From: an uncultured beta proteobacterium
Lineage (GTDB): Bacteria; Pseudomonadota; Gammaproteobacteria; Burkholderiales; Usitatibacteraceae
Reading direction: 5' to 3'
Assembly: GCA_963786635.1 (NCBI GenBank)
Contig: CAWAZV010000008.1
Coordinates: forward strand, 234,051-298,050
Length of the DNA: 64,000 bases
The stretch's first letter is position 1. Every line of letters begins with the position of its first letter. The notes beneath the pieces were generated by a model that did not search any database, had not been told where the DNA came from, and saw only the letters and a program-made list of their open reading frames with translations. Below are positions 27,310 through 38,360 of the stretch, piece after piece. Both the position numbers and the translations under genes were made by a program.

Positions 27310-28521
27310 CTAGCGGTGTCTCGTGCCGGTGTAGTACAGGCGCCAGCAGGTGAAGCCGGCGAGCATCATCGCCGCCATCGCCACCGCCATCCAGCGCGTG
27401 TCGTGGAAGACCGCGGGCGCGATGACGCCGGCGACGAGCGTGTTGATCATGCCCGGAGACGAAGCCCTGCAACGACGCCGCCATGCCGCGCCGCGTGGGA
27501 AAGAGATCGAGCGTGGTGAGGGAGATGGTCGGCATCGCCATGGCCGAGCCGATGGCGTAGAAGAAGATCGGAACCACGGCCCACGGGATCGACGGCGCGA
27601 ACGCGAAGCGAATAGGCGACGTTGGCGGCCGCGGAAATGCCCATGAACGTGTAGGCGCGCCGGATCGTCTGCGCGCGCGAAAGCTTTCCGGCCGCCCGCC
27701 CCGAGAGCTGCGAGCCGACGAGAATGCCCGCGATCGACGGAATGAAGAGCCACGAGTACTCGGTCGGCTCCAGCCCGAGGTGCGTCGACAGGAACATCGG
27801 CGCCGACAGGATGTAGAGGAAGAACGCATTGAAGTTGAAGCCCACGGCGAGCGAGAGCAGCAGGAACGGCCGGCTCGCCCCGACCTCGCGGTAGCCGCGC
27901 GAGCAGCGCCGCCGGATGAAAGGAGTGGCGGTGCTCTTCGGGAAGCGTCTCGCGCAGGAGCCGCGCGCCCGCCACGACGAGCACGAGACCCACCGCGGCC
28001 AGGAACCAGAAGATCGACTGCCACCCGAACGCCTCGAAGAGGAGGCCGCCGATGATGGGCGCGATGACCGGCGCCAGGCCGAAGAAGAGCGTGACCAGCG
28101 ACATCAGGCGCTGCGCGTCCTCCTCCTGGTAGAGGTCGCGGATCATGGCGCGCCCGACGACGACGCCGGCGCCGGTGGACATGCCCTGCAGCATCCGCCA
28201 GCCGATGAGCGCGTGCACGCTGGAGGCGAGTGCGGCGCCCACGGAGGCGACCGTGAAGACGGCGAGGGCCACGACGATCACCGGCTTCCTGCCGAAGCTG
28301 TCCGAGAGCGCCCCGTGGAAGAGGAACATGAAGCCGAAGGTCAGCAGGTAGGCCGAGAGCGTCTGCTGCATCTCGAGCGGTGTCGCGCCAAGCGCGACCT
28401 GCATGCCGCCGAAGGCGGGCAGGTAGGTGTCGACCGAGAACGGGCCCAGTGTCGCGAGCGCTCCCAGCATCGCCGCGAAAGCGATGCGGAAGGACCGCGA
28501 GCGGCGGTCGGCCGTGGTCAT
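27310..28521 (-). CDS. Bcr/CflA-family MFS efflux transporter; three frame corrections (near 27925, 27610, 27455)
   Basis: The reading cycles through all three minus frames and back. [37 protein letters not shown]...GRKPV... is followed by GFNFNAFFLYILSAPMF..., then FAPSIPWAVVPIFFYAIGSAMAMPT..., then MINTLVAGVIAPAVF.... Length is 1212 nt. Its ATG overlaps the cytochrome stop (ATGA at 28518-28521). Confidence 0.7.
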   Translation of the reverse strand: MTTADRRSRSFRIAFAAMLGALATLGPFSVDTYLPAFGGMQVALGATPLEMQQTLSAYLLTFGFMFLFHGALSDSFGRKPVIVVALAVFTVASVGAALASSVHALIGWRMLQGMSTGAGVVVGRAMIRDLYQEEDAQRLMSLVTLFFGLAPVIAPIIGGLLFEAFGWQSIFWFLAAVGLVLVVAGARLLRETLPEEHRHSFHPAALLARLPRGRGEPAVPAALARRGLQLQCVLPLHPVGADVPVDAPRAGADRVLVALHSVDRGHSRRLAALGAGGRKAFARADDPARLHVHGHFRGRQRRLFASRSRRRSRGPWFRSSSTPSARPWRCRPSPSPRSISFPRGAAWRRRCRASSPGMINTLVAGVIAPAVFHDTRWMAVAMAAMMLAGFTCWRLYYTGTRHR

Positions 28522-30417
28522 GGCTTCCCGTCGGGGACCGCGCAGCGGCGACTGCGCGCCGCATAGGTCGCCGCAAAGTCCGCCTGGGCGCGTGTCATCA
28601 CCGGCGAGTCGCCCGCATGGCAGGTGAGGCAGGCGCCGACCGTGAGGATGCGCCGCTGCTCCTCCGCGGAGAAGGGACGCGCGCCCTCGCGCGTGGACAC
28701 CATCCCGGTGCGCGTCTTCAGGAACCCCGTCCACGCGTCCTCGGGCAGCCCGTCGTGCGCGGAAGGCTTCTTCTCCGCGGTGAAATGCCAGCGGCCCGTG
28801 CCGCCCGTTACCACGTAGCGCAGCTTTCCCTTGCCGAAGCCCAGCGCCACCGGGTCGCTGTGGCAGGACACGCAGCTGCGCGCTTCGCGCCGGGTGGTGT
28901 GGGAGGAGAGCTTCGCGTACAGGCGGCGGTGGATGAGTTCGGGCGGCTTTCCGGCCTCGCGGTTGCGGTCGAACGTCATCACCATGCCCGGCACGAAGGT
29001 GTCGATGGCGCCGCGCGCGTTCCCCTCCGCGAGGACGCCCAGCGTGGGCGGCACCGCCTCGAACGGCCCGGCGGTTTCGTTCCAGGTGCCCTTCACCCAC
29101 TTCTGCGCGGCATGGTCGAAGCCCTCGCCGGCAGGGTCGAAGCTGGTGTGGCAGGTGCTGCAGCGCGGCGCCCACGCCGTGTGGCAACTGGTGCAGGAGA
29201 GTCGCTGGTGGCCCTTGTTCTCGGTGCAGGCGGCCGCCGGAGGCTTGAGCGGCAGCGCCTCTCCGGTGCGCTTGCGCAGCAGCTTCGCGCCCTTGCCCGG
29301 CTCCACGACCACGTTGACCAGCGGTTCGCCGTCGCGCGTCGTGCCCATGCGGCTACCCTGCGCGAGGGTCCAGCCGCGCAGCTTGTGCAGCAGGCGCGAC
29401 TCCGCATCGACGAACTCCGGCGCCACCGACACGAGGTTGCGCGCGTGGCAGTCCTCGCAGCCGACGCGCTGCTGCTGGCTCTTTCTCGCGACCTCCGCGC
29501 CCGCGCCCATCAGCTCGTTGGCGGTGTGGCAGTCGATGCACTCCATCCCGCGCTCGTGATGGACGTCGGCGACGATCTTCTCCACGTGCCGCCCGTCGTC
29601 GAGCCGCCGCGTCGCGCGGGAGGAATTGGGGACTGTCCCTAATTTGTCCGGCGCGGCGTTGTCGCCGACGGTCGCGCGCATCTCGTTCCACCCCTCGTAG
29701 CTCAACGCGATGCGCCCGGAGCGGCTGTGGCAGCCGAAGCAGTGGTCGTTGCGCGGATTGAGCGTGAGCGTCGGGTGTGCCGACGGAATCTCCTTGCGCT
29801 GCGCGCGCGGGATCTTCGCGTAGGTCGCGACTGCCCGGGCCGCCTCGGATCCCGTATTCCAGGTGGCACGCGTTGCAGCCGCCGCCCTGCGACTCCTGGC
29901 CGATGGGGCCCCATTCCGTCTTCGCCTGCCCGAGGTGGCAGCCGACGCAAAGCTCGCGCAGGTGGCTGTCCGCCACGCCGTGCCCGAGTCGCTGCGCGTG
30001 CGGGAGCGGTGCGCCGGGCGGGTCCGGCTCGCCGAGGACGGCGCGGTCGACCGCGATCACGCCCGCCATCGTCGTCATGATCGAGCGCTCGACGCGCGGG
30101 ACGATGGACGCGTGGCAACCGGCCTGGCCGCAGGTCCTGCCGGCATCGGCGAGGTTGCCGGGAACGAGGACCATGCCGGCGTGGGCGAGGTCCTTGTCCG
30201 TGGCCTTCGCGTCGCCCGCATGGCAGGAGGCGCAGCCGATCTTCGCCGGGGCGTGCGATCCGGCAAGGCCGGTCACGTTGCCGTGGCAGGCGAGGCAGCC
30301 TTCCCGAAGTCCGGTCGCCAGGCTCCCGCGCGGGCTGTCGCGAAACAAGTAGAGGAATGCCGCGCCCACGGCGAGGCCGGCCACGACAGCGAGCAGGAGG
30401 ACGGATTTCGCACGCAC
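28518..30417 (-). CDS. membrane-anchored multiheme c-type cytochrome (11 CXXCH plus 1 CX4CH); one frame correction near 29823
   Basis: The N-terminus comes from ORF 29353..30417: a TM anchor [25 protein letters not shown], then CLACH, CASCH, CGQAGCH, CVGCH, CNACH. My corrected bridge reads [48 protein letters not shown] 28518..29705 then supplies CIDCH, CEDCH, CTSCH, CSTCH, CVSCH and CLTCH. Confidence 0.8.
29624..29645. repeat. single copy of the AATTGGGGACTGTCCCTAATTT unit, inside the cytochrome coding sequence
   Basis: A 22-nt exact match to 46216-46237. The core GGGACTGTCCC is itself palindromic. It encodes ...[10 protein letters not shown]... in the cytochrome. Confidence 0.7.
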
Positions 30418-30441
30418 GCACGCATTCTATCGGGGCGCACC

Positions 30442-31939
30442 CTACATGGAGCCTCGCGATCGGTATTGCAGCGCCTCGGCGACGTGCTCCATGTGCAGCA
30501 TCGGGCTGCGCGCCAGGTCGGCGATGGTGCGGGCCACCCGGCGGGTGCGGTCGTAGCCTCGCGCGGAAAGTGCGTGCCGCGAGACCGCCTGGCGCAGCAG
30601 GTTGCGCGCCGCGGCGTCGAGCAGGCAGTGCCGGTTCAACTCGCCGCTGGCAAGCACGACATTCGGGTGACCCTGGCGTTCCAGCTGGCGCTCGCGCGCT
30701 GCCTGCACGCGCGCCCGGACCAGCGCGGAAGGTTCGCCGCCGGGCACCTCGTCCAGCTCGCGTTCGGGCAGTGCCGGCACTTCGACATGCAGGTCGATGC
30801 GATCGAGGAGCGGCCCGGACAGCCGGCCGCGATAGTGCGCGATGCGATCCGGCGTGCACCGGCATTGCGCGCTGTAATGCGCCGAGGAAGCCGCACGGGC
30901 AGGGATTCATCGCCGCCACGAGCTGGAAGCGCGCCGGAAAGTCCGCCTGCTGCGCGGCGCGCGAAATGGTGATGCGTCCGTTTTCCAGCGGCTCGCGCAG
31001 CACCTCCAGCACGCGCCGGTCGAACTCCGGCAACTCGTCGAGGAAGAGCACGCCGTGGTGGGCGAGCGAGATCTCGCCGGGGCGCGGCGGCGAGCCGCCA
31101 CCGACGAGGGCGACGGCGGAAGCCGTGTGGTGCGGTGCGCGCCACTCGCAAACGCCGAAGCGCTCGGGCGCGAAGCCGCGTGCGGTCAGGCTCTGTACGG
31201 CGGCGGACTCGAGCGCCTCTTCCTGCGACAGCGCCGGAAGAATGCCGGGCAGGCGCTGCGCCAGCATCGTCTTGCCGGTGCCCGGCGGCCCGTGAGCAGC
31301 AGCGAATGCCCGCCGGCCGCGGCGATCTCGAGCGCGCGCCGCGCCTGCGCCTGGCCCTTCACGTCGGCGAGGTCCGGCCAGGTCGCCTCTCCCGCCCGTG
31401 CCGCTCCCTCGATCCTCGCGAGCGGCTCTCGCCCTGCCAGGTGCGCGCACACCTGCGCCAGCGACCGCGCGGGATGGACGAGCGCTCCCGGCACGAGAGC
31501 CGCCTCGCTCGCCGAAGCCTCGGGCAGCACGAACGCGCGTGCATCGCGGTGCGCGGCCAGCGTCATCGCGAGCGCGCCGCGGATCGGGCGCAGGTCTCCG
31601 GAGAGCGCCAGTTCGCCCGCGAACTCCAGCGCGGCGAGCGGCGGCTTCGGAATCTGCGCGGTCGCGGCGAGGATGCCCAGGGCGATCGGCAGATCGTAGC
31701 GGCCGCTTTCCTTGGGCAGGTCCGCGGGCGCGAGGCTCACGGTGACGCGCGACTGCGGCACGGCGAAGCGCGCCGTGAGCAGTGCGGCACGCACGCGGTC
31801 GCGCGCCTCCTTCACCTCCGTTTCCGGCAAGCCCGACGACGTGCATGCCGGGCAGGCCCTGGCCCACGTGCACCTCCACGCGCACCAGCGGCGCCTGCAT
31901 GCCCGCGAGACCGCGGGTGTAAACGACTGCAAGCGACAC
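30442..31939 (-). CDS. comM: YifB/ComM-family Mg-chelatase-like AAA+ protein; at least three frame corrections (near 31855, 31290, 30880)
   Basis: The GTG start gives [25 protein letters not shown]. It is followed by [17 protein letters not shown], Walker [37 protein letters not shown], and after correction [34 protein letters not shown]. The tail is ORF 30442..30780. Confidence 0.8.
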
Positions 31940-32083
31940 TGCAATGACCCTCTGCCCGGAAGGCCGGGGCGTGGCGGGGCCGGCGGTGCTTCCGCGCCTG
32001 TGGTGGGAGCCGCGATCGGGCGCGGCGTGCCTTGGTCCGTTCAACGCCTTGCCCGGGACTCAGTTGACCGTCGTGCCGGCGCC

Positions 32084-33230
32084 TCACGCCTTCAGGTCGG
32101 CGTTCGCGCTCATCGACCGCAGCCGCTGCGCGAAGGCGTAGCGGGCCATCAACCGCCGGTCCAGGAGGATGCGGGCGACGCAATCCACGACGATCATCAC
32201 GACGCCCGCGAGGGGCAGGACGATGATGAGCCCCAGCACGCCGGCGACGGCGCCGCCGATGAACAGCAGCAGCACCGACACCAGCGGATGCATCTGCAGG
32301 CTGCGGCCGATGGTGAGCGGCACGAACACGAAGTCGTCGAGGAGGCGCACCAGCAGGAAGAGCGCGATGGCCGCATAGACCGTGCCCGGGCCGCCGGCCC
32401 CGTCCGCCACGGTGACCAGGACCACGATGATGCAGCCGATGATGGAGCCGACGATGGGAATCCATCCCAGCACGGCCGCCAGCAGCGCGAGGGCCATGGC
32501 GCTGGGGATGCCCAGCACGGCCAGGCCAACGCCCAGGCACGCCGTGTCGATGAGGGTGAGGTACAGCAGGCCCTGGAAGTAGGACCGCGCCATCGTGTCG
32601 ACCCGGTCCACCAGGTGGAGCGTGCGCTCGAAGAACGCGTTCGGCACGGCGCGGATGAGCCGGTTGACGAAGCGGCGCCCGTCCCGGAGGAAGAAGAACG
32701 CGAGGAACGGCGCCAGCAGCAGCGAAGGCACCCACGCGGCCGCGCCGATGAGCGCGCCGGTCACGTGTTCCTTGACGAACCGCTGTCCCAGCTCCGAGGC
32801 CTTGCGGGGAAACGCGTTCTGCAGGTCCCACTGCGCCATGAAGCCGAACCGGGCCTCCAGTCTCGCCCAGCACGCGGCCGACGAGGCCCTTGCCGCTCTC
32901 GACGTAGTTCCAGAACGCCACCTCCCCGCTCGCGCTGTTGGCGACGACCCACGCCGAGAAGGGGACCATCACGAGCACGGCGGCAACCGAGAACAGGCCC
33001 GACACGACGGCCGCGGCCGACTCGTGCGACATGCCCGCGCGGGACAGGTAACGCACGGCCGGGAAGAGGATGTAGTACAGCACGATGGCGAGGAGGAACG
33101 GCACGACGAGCCAGAGCGCGTGCTGCAGGGAAACCAGCAGCAGCGTCGTGAGGCCGAACGTGGCCAGCCAGGTGAGCGGGCCCGCGGAGCCCACGTCCGA
33201 GGGCGCTGCCTCGCGGTTGCGAGGGCTCAC
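32084..33230 (-). CDS. AI-2E family transporter (PerM/YhhT/TqsA-like permease); one frame correction near 32865
   Basis: The N-terminus is in the frame of ORF 31812..33230 (…LWLVVPFLLAIVLYYILFPAVRYL…). The remainder is ORF 32084..32839 (…LLAAVLGWIPIVGSIIG…). Its GTG start overlaps the stop of the upstream cNMP gene (GTGA at 33227-33230). Length is 1147 nt. Confidence 0.8.
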
Positions 33231-33704
33231 AGCGGCAGTTCCGAGACTACCCCGGTCTGCTCGCGCAATTGCCGCGCCAGCTGGCGGGCGATCTGCAGCG
33301 TGATCTTCAGCGCGATCGCCTTGTGGGACTCGGCGAGGCCGTCGAAGTCACGCCGGGAGAGCGTCTGCAGAAGGCATTCCTGCGCGGCGCGCGCCTGCGC
33401 CGACCGCGGGTAGCCCCCGAGGATGGCGAGCTCGCCGAATGCGCTCCCCGGGCCGATCTCGGCGATTTTCCCGGTCTCCGGCTCGCCCTGCCGGCAGATC
33501 AGCACCTTGCCGGAGATCACGACGTAGAGCGCCTGCGAGTCCTCGCCCTGGTCGAAGATGACCTCGCCCTGCTCGTAGCGGCGCTCGTGCAGCAGGCCGG
33601 CGACCACGCGATGTTCCTTCGCATCGAGGGCCGAGAACAGCGAGACGTGCGCCAGGCCGTTGCGGGCCGCGCGAGTCCTTCCTTTGCCGGGTCAGGGGAA
33701 ACAT
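33227..33704 (-). CDS. stand-alone cyclic-nucleotide-binding (CAP effector domain) protein; one frame correction near 33660
   Basis: MFPLTRQRKDSR is in one frame. The rest, ARNGLAHVSLFSALDAKEHRVVAGLLHERRYEQGEVIFDQGE...YVVISGKV...GPGSAFGELAILGGYPRSAQARA, is in another and contains the phosphate-binding cassette GE...RSA. Length is 478 nt. Confidence 0.7.
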
Positions 33705-33949
33705 GGGGGCGGTTGGCGGTCAGTTGTCGCGCGGGGACGGATCCCCGGAGGCAAGCGGATCGGGATCCTGATGCTCATGCCGCGATGATGTGAGCATGCG
33801 TGGCGCCCGTCAATGTCGCGAGCCGCGGCGATGGCCAACGCCGATCGGTCAGAGCGGATTCGGGACGCGTCCGCTTCGATCCGTTATCATGGTTCGCTCC
33901 GCATCCGGCGACGGGTGCGCTCGGATGGCGCGGCGCACGGGGGGACAGG

Positions 33950-35220
33950 GTGAATCAGGGGGACGGGCAGGCGACAGGTGCCGGCGGGCTGACGGCCTGC
34001 AAGGAGTGCGACCTGCTGCACCGCATCGCGCCGCTCGCGCCCGGGGGCAAGGCGCTGTGCACCCGATGTGCGTCGCCACTGTATCGCCACGTGCCCGACA
34101 GTCTCGACCGTGCGTGCGCGCTCTACCTTGCCGCGTTGATGCTTTGGGTGATGGCGAACGCATTTCCGTTCGTTTCCCTCAAGTTGAGCGGGCGTGTCGA
34201 GGACAACGTGATGCTGTCGGGCCCGCTTGCGCTGGCGCGCGAGGGGATGCCCGAGCTGGGTCTTCTGGTGTTCCTGACCAGCATCCTGTTTCCGCTCGCG
34301 ACCATCGCCGGTTCGCTCTACGTGCTGCTGCCCCTGCGCTTCGGCTGGCGCTTCCCCGGCGCCGCGCCGGTCTACCGCGTGGTCCGGCTGCTGGACCCCT
34401 GGAGCCTCGTCGGCGTGTTCATGCTGGGCCTGCTGGTGCGATCGTGAAGCTGCTGGACCTCGCCGACGTGGTGCCGGGCACCGGGCTGTATGCCTTCGCC
34501 GGCTTGCTGCTCGCGACCGCCGCAGCGAACGCGAACCTGGACCACGGGGCGATCTGGCCGCGCGTCGGTCCGCTGCCTGCGGGACCTGGCCCGGTGCCGG
34601 CGGCCACGGCAGCCGCGCTCGGCCTGACGGGCTGCCCCACCTGCGAACTGCTGGTGCCGGCCGCGCCGCCGGGCGGCCGCGCGCACTGTCCGCGCTGCGG
34701 CAGCCCGGTCCACGGCCTGCGCCAGCCCGACAGCATCGCGCGCACCTGGGCGCTGCTCGTTTCCGCGGCGCTGCTGCTGATCCCGGCCAACCTGTATCCG
34801 GTGATGACGGTGATCCGGTTCGGCCAGGGCGAGCCGAACACCATCCTGAGCGGCGTGATGCACCTGATCGATTCCGGCATGTGGCCGCTGGCGATGCTGG
34901 TGTTCTTCGCCAGCTTCGTGGTGCCGCTCACCAAGATCGCGGTGCTGGTCCTGCTGCTGGTGACGGTGCACCGGGATCTGCCTGGCGCCGGCGCGACCGT
35001 ACCTTGCTCTACCGCGTCACCGAGGTGGTGGGCGCCTGGTCGATGGTCGACATCTTTCTCGTCGGCATCCTGGTCGCGCTGGTGAACCTCGGCGCGCTGG
35101 CGACCGTGCGCCCGGGCGTCGGCGCGATCTTCTTCGGCGGCCGCGGTGGTGCTCACCATGCTCGCGGCCATGAGCTTCGATCCGCGCCTGATCTGGGACC
35201 GCGCGGAGCGCCCGCGATGA
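33950..35220 (+). CDS. pqiA: paraquat-inducible protein A (PqiA, duplicated zinc-ribbon membrane protein); three frame corrections (near 34440, 34985, 35138)
   Basis: It has two CxxC...CxxC modules (CKECDLL...CTRC and CPTCELL...CPRCGS) with PqiA-type TM blocks. The corrected C-terminus is AAVVLTMLAAMSFDPRLIWDRAERPR followed by the stop. The start (GTG at 33950) is uncertain. Confidence 0.75.
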
Positions 35221-36906
35221 GCGAGGCGCACGACACCCGGGACAGCGGCGCCGCCCGAGCCGGTGCTGCGCCGGCGCTCGGGGCCGTCGCTGGTCTGGCT
35301 GATCCCGCTGCTCACCGCGCTGATCGGCGGCTGGCTGATCTACAAGACGATTTCGGAGAAGGGTCCTGCGCTCAGCATCAGCTTCATGCACGCCGAGGGC
35401 ATCGAGGTCGGCAAGACGCGCATCAAGTACAAGAACCTGGACATCGGCGTGGTGGAAGGGCTGCGTTTCAGCGACGATTTCGCGCGCGTGGTGGTGCTGG
35501 CGCGGCTCAACAAGGAGGCGGCGCCGTTCCTGAAGCGCGGCACGCGCTTCTGGGTGGTCAAGCCGAGCCTCGGGCTGCGCGGCGTTTCGGGCCTGAGTAC
35601 CCTGATCTCGGGCGCCTTCATCGAGATCGAGCCCGGCCAGGGCGCGACAGAGACGAATTTCATCGGCCTCGAGGTGCCGCCGGTGGTCGCCGCGAGCGCG
35701 GCCGGGCGCAGGATCGAGCTGGTGACCACGCGGCTCGGCTCGATCGACCGGGGTTCGCCGCTCTACTACCAGGGGATCCTCGCCGGCGAGGTGCTGGGCT
35801 ACGAGATGGCCGACGACTACCGCAGCGTGCTGGTGCACGCCTTCGTCAAGGAGCCCTTCGACCGGCTGCTGCGTTCGAGCACGCGCTTCTGGCACGCCAG
35901 CGGAGTCGAAGTGGCGCTCGGCGCCGACGGCCTGCGCGTGCAGACCGAGTCCATCCAGGCCATGCTGTTCGGCGGCATCGCCTTCGACACGCCCGATGCG
36001 CAGGACGGCGCGAGCGAGAACACCGACGGGCTGGTGTTCACGCTGTTCGACGACCGGCGCTCGGTCCAGGACCGCGCCTATACGAGCAAGGCCAGGTTCG
36101 TGCTCCATTTCGGCGAATCGGTGCGCGGCCTGGCGGTCGGGGCGCCGGTGGAATTCAAGGGAATCAAGATCGGCGCGGTAACCGGAATCCGGCTCGAGTA
36201 CGAGCCGAAGAGCGGGACATTCCTGATCCCGGTGGTGATCGAAATCGAGCCCGAGCGCGTCCTCGAGCGTTCACCGGCGCGCGGCGAAGGCCTGCGGGCA
36301 GCGCCGCAGGCGACCCTCCAGGCGCTCGTCAAGCGCGGCCTGCGTGCGCGCCTGCAGACCGGCAACCTTCTCACCGGACAATTGTTCGTCGAGCTCGACA
36401 TGCATCCGAAGTCGAAGATCCGGCTGGTGCAGGCCGCCGGGCCGTATCCCGAGCTGCCGACCATCCCGGGAAGCATCGGGCAGATGACGGTATCGGTCGA
36501 GAGCATCCTCGCCAAGCTCGACCGCATCGATCTCGAGGCCATCGGCACGGATCTGCAAGGCACGCTCGCCGGCACCAGCAAGCTGGCCAATCAACCGGAA
36601 TTGCAGCGCTCGATCGCCGATCTGTCGGCCTCGCTCGCCAGCCTGCGCAGCATCCTGCACAAGGTGGACCAGCACGCCGAGCCGATCGCCGCGAACCTGG
36701 ACAAGGCGCTCGTTTCGGCGCGCGAAACGCTGACGCTGCTCGACGGTGTGCTCGCACCCGACTCGCCGTTGCACGAACGCAGCTTGCGTCTTGCCGAGGA
36801 GCTGCGCGAGGCCGCTCGCTCGATCCGCGCACTGGTGGACATCCTGCAGCGCGATCCGCAATCCGTGATGTTCGGCAGGAAGGCTCCACCGGAGAGGACC
36901 CAGTGA
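35217..36906 (+). CDS. pqiB: MCE-domain protein PqiB (intermembrane transport); a possible frame correction near 35255, or alternatively a GTG start at 35263
   Basis: ORF 35263..36906 has an N-terminal TM (SLVWLIPLLTALIGGWLIY) followed by three MCE repeats (e.g. GKTRIKYKNLDIGVVEGL, GSPLYYQGILAGEVLGY, GAPVEFKGIKIGAVTGI). The ATG at 35217 overlaps the pqiA stop (ATGA). Confidence 0.85.
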
Positions 36907-37514
36907 TGCACAAGTTCGCCATTGCCGCTTTTGCGGCCGCACTTGCCGTGGCCCTCGCGACGGGTTGCTCCTCCCTGCCGCCGGTGCGGTTCTATGTCGT
37001 CACGCCGCTCGCGGGTCCGGCGCCGGCCACGCGGGCGCCCGGCCCTGGCGTCGTGGTCGCCGCCGTGCGCCTGCCCGAGTACCTCGAACGCCCGCAACTG
37101 GTCACGCGCAGCGGCGACAACCGGCTGCAGCTGGAGGAGTTCCACCAGTGGGGCGGGAACCTGGGCAAGGACCTGACGCGCGTGCTGGCGGAGAACCTTT
37201 CCCTGCTGCTCGGCAGCGACGCGGTGGTCGCGGCGCCGCATGCGCTGCGCATGCGGCCGGATTACCGCGTGGAACTCGAGGTGCTGCGGTTCGAGCGCGC
37301 CGGCGATGCGCGGGTGCACCTGACGGCCAAGTGGTGGCTTCAGCGCGGCGCGGGCGGCTCGCCGCTGGCCAGCCCCACGACCACGCTGGCCAGCGAGCCG
37401 CTGGCCGAGGCGGCGAGTGCGGAGCTCACGGTCGCGGCGATGAGCGGCGTCTACGGCGAACTTTCGCGTGTCATCGCGCAGGCGATCACGCGCCAGGAGA
37501 TGGCGGCGCGATGA
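36906..37514 (+). CDS. pqiC: lipoprotein PqiC/YmbA (ABC-type transport auxiliary lipoprotein family)
   Basis: An inner ATG overlaps the pqiB stop (TGATG). The lipobox is LATGCSS, followed by VRLPEYLERPQLVTRSGDNRLQLEEFHQWGGNL, which is typical of this family. Confidence 0.8.
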   Translation: MHKFAIAAFAAALAVALATGCSSLPPVRFYVVTPLAGPAPATRAPGPGVVVAAVRLPEYLERPQLVTRSGDNRLQLEEFHQWGGNLGKDLTRVLAENLSLLLGSDAVVAAPHALRMRPDYRVELEVLRFERAGDARVHLTAKWWLQRGAGGSPLASPTTTLASEPLAEAASAELTVAAMSGVYGELSRVIAQAITRQEMAAR

Positions 37515-38345
37515 GCGGAGCGATCGCGAGCACTGGCTGCACTGGCGGTACTTTGCCTGGTTCCGGTTGCGGCGCTCGCTGCGCCGAGCGCCTCCGAAAT
37601 CATCGACGGGGTGCGCTCGAACCGTCCGCAGGCCTGCTGCATCTACCAGGAGCTGACCATGATCCTGTCGGATCCCGCGGGCGAAGGCGGGGTGCGGAGA
37701 ATCCGCTGGTTCGAACGCCATGAGCCGGACGGCGGCAGCCGGTTGCTCCTCGTGTTCGTCGCGCCGGCCGATGTGCGCGGCGCCGCCATACTGGTGACGC
37801 GCGACCCGTCCGGCGCCACGCGGGGCGAGGTCCACCTGCCGGCGCTCGGCAGGCCGCTCGACCTGGTCGCCAGGACTGCGGGCGCGATGCCGCTGGTTGG
37901 CAGCGACTTCAAGCTTGCCGACCTGTTCAGGGGGGCGCCGCGCGATTTCACCTACGAGCGCGAAGCCGACGCGGAGATCGACCGCAGCGTGCACTACGTC
38001 ATACGCGCCACACCGGTCAAGGGCGCGGAGCAGCGCACCGGGGGAGGTCCGCGCCGCCACTACGTGCGCAAGGGCGACTATTTTCTCGTGCGCACGGAAT
38101 TTCATGACGTGCGGGGCGTGCTGGCGCGCCGCCAGAGCTTCCGCGACGCCAGGCAGGTCGAGCCCGGCGTCTGGCAGGCCGACATGATCCTGATGGAAGA
38201 CTTCGGCGAGCGGCACCGCACGCTGCTCAAGGTCGAGCGACGCGTCTTCTCGCCCGATTACGCCCCGGCCGAAATCTTCTCCCGGCAGTGGCTGGCCGAG
38301 GGGCGCCACCTGCTCATCGGCGGCGACGCGCCGTTCGGGCCCTAG
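37511..38345 (+). CDS. LolA-like outer-membrane lipoprotein-sorting-type periplasmic protein; one frame correction near 37530
   Basis: The ATG overlaps the pqiC stop (ATGA at 37511-37514). After correction the signal peptide reads [28 protein letters not shown]. Then come LLVFVAPADVRGAAILV, HLPALGRPLDLV and GSDFKLADL, resembling the LolA_like family that usually accompanies MMPL exporters. Length is 835 nt. Confidence 0.65.
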
Positions 38346-38360
38346 GAAGGGGCGCGCGAC

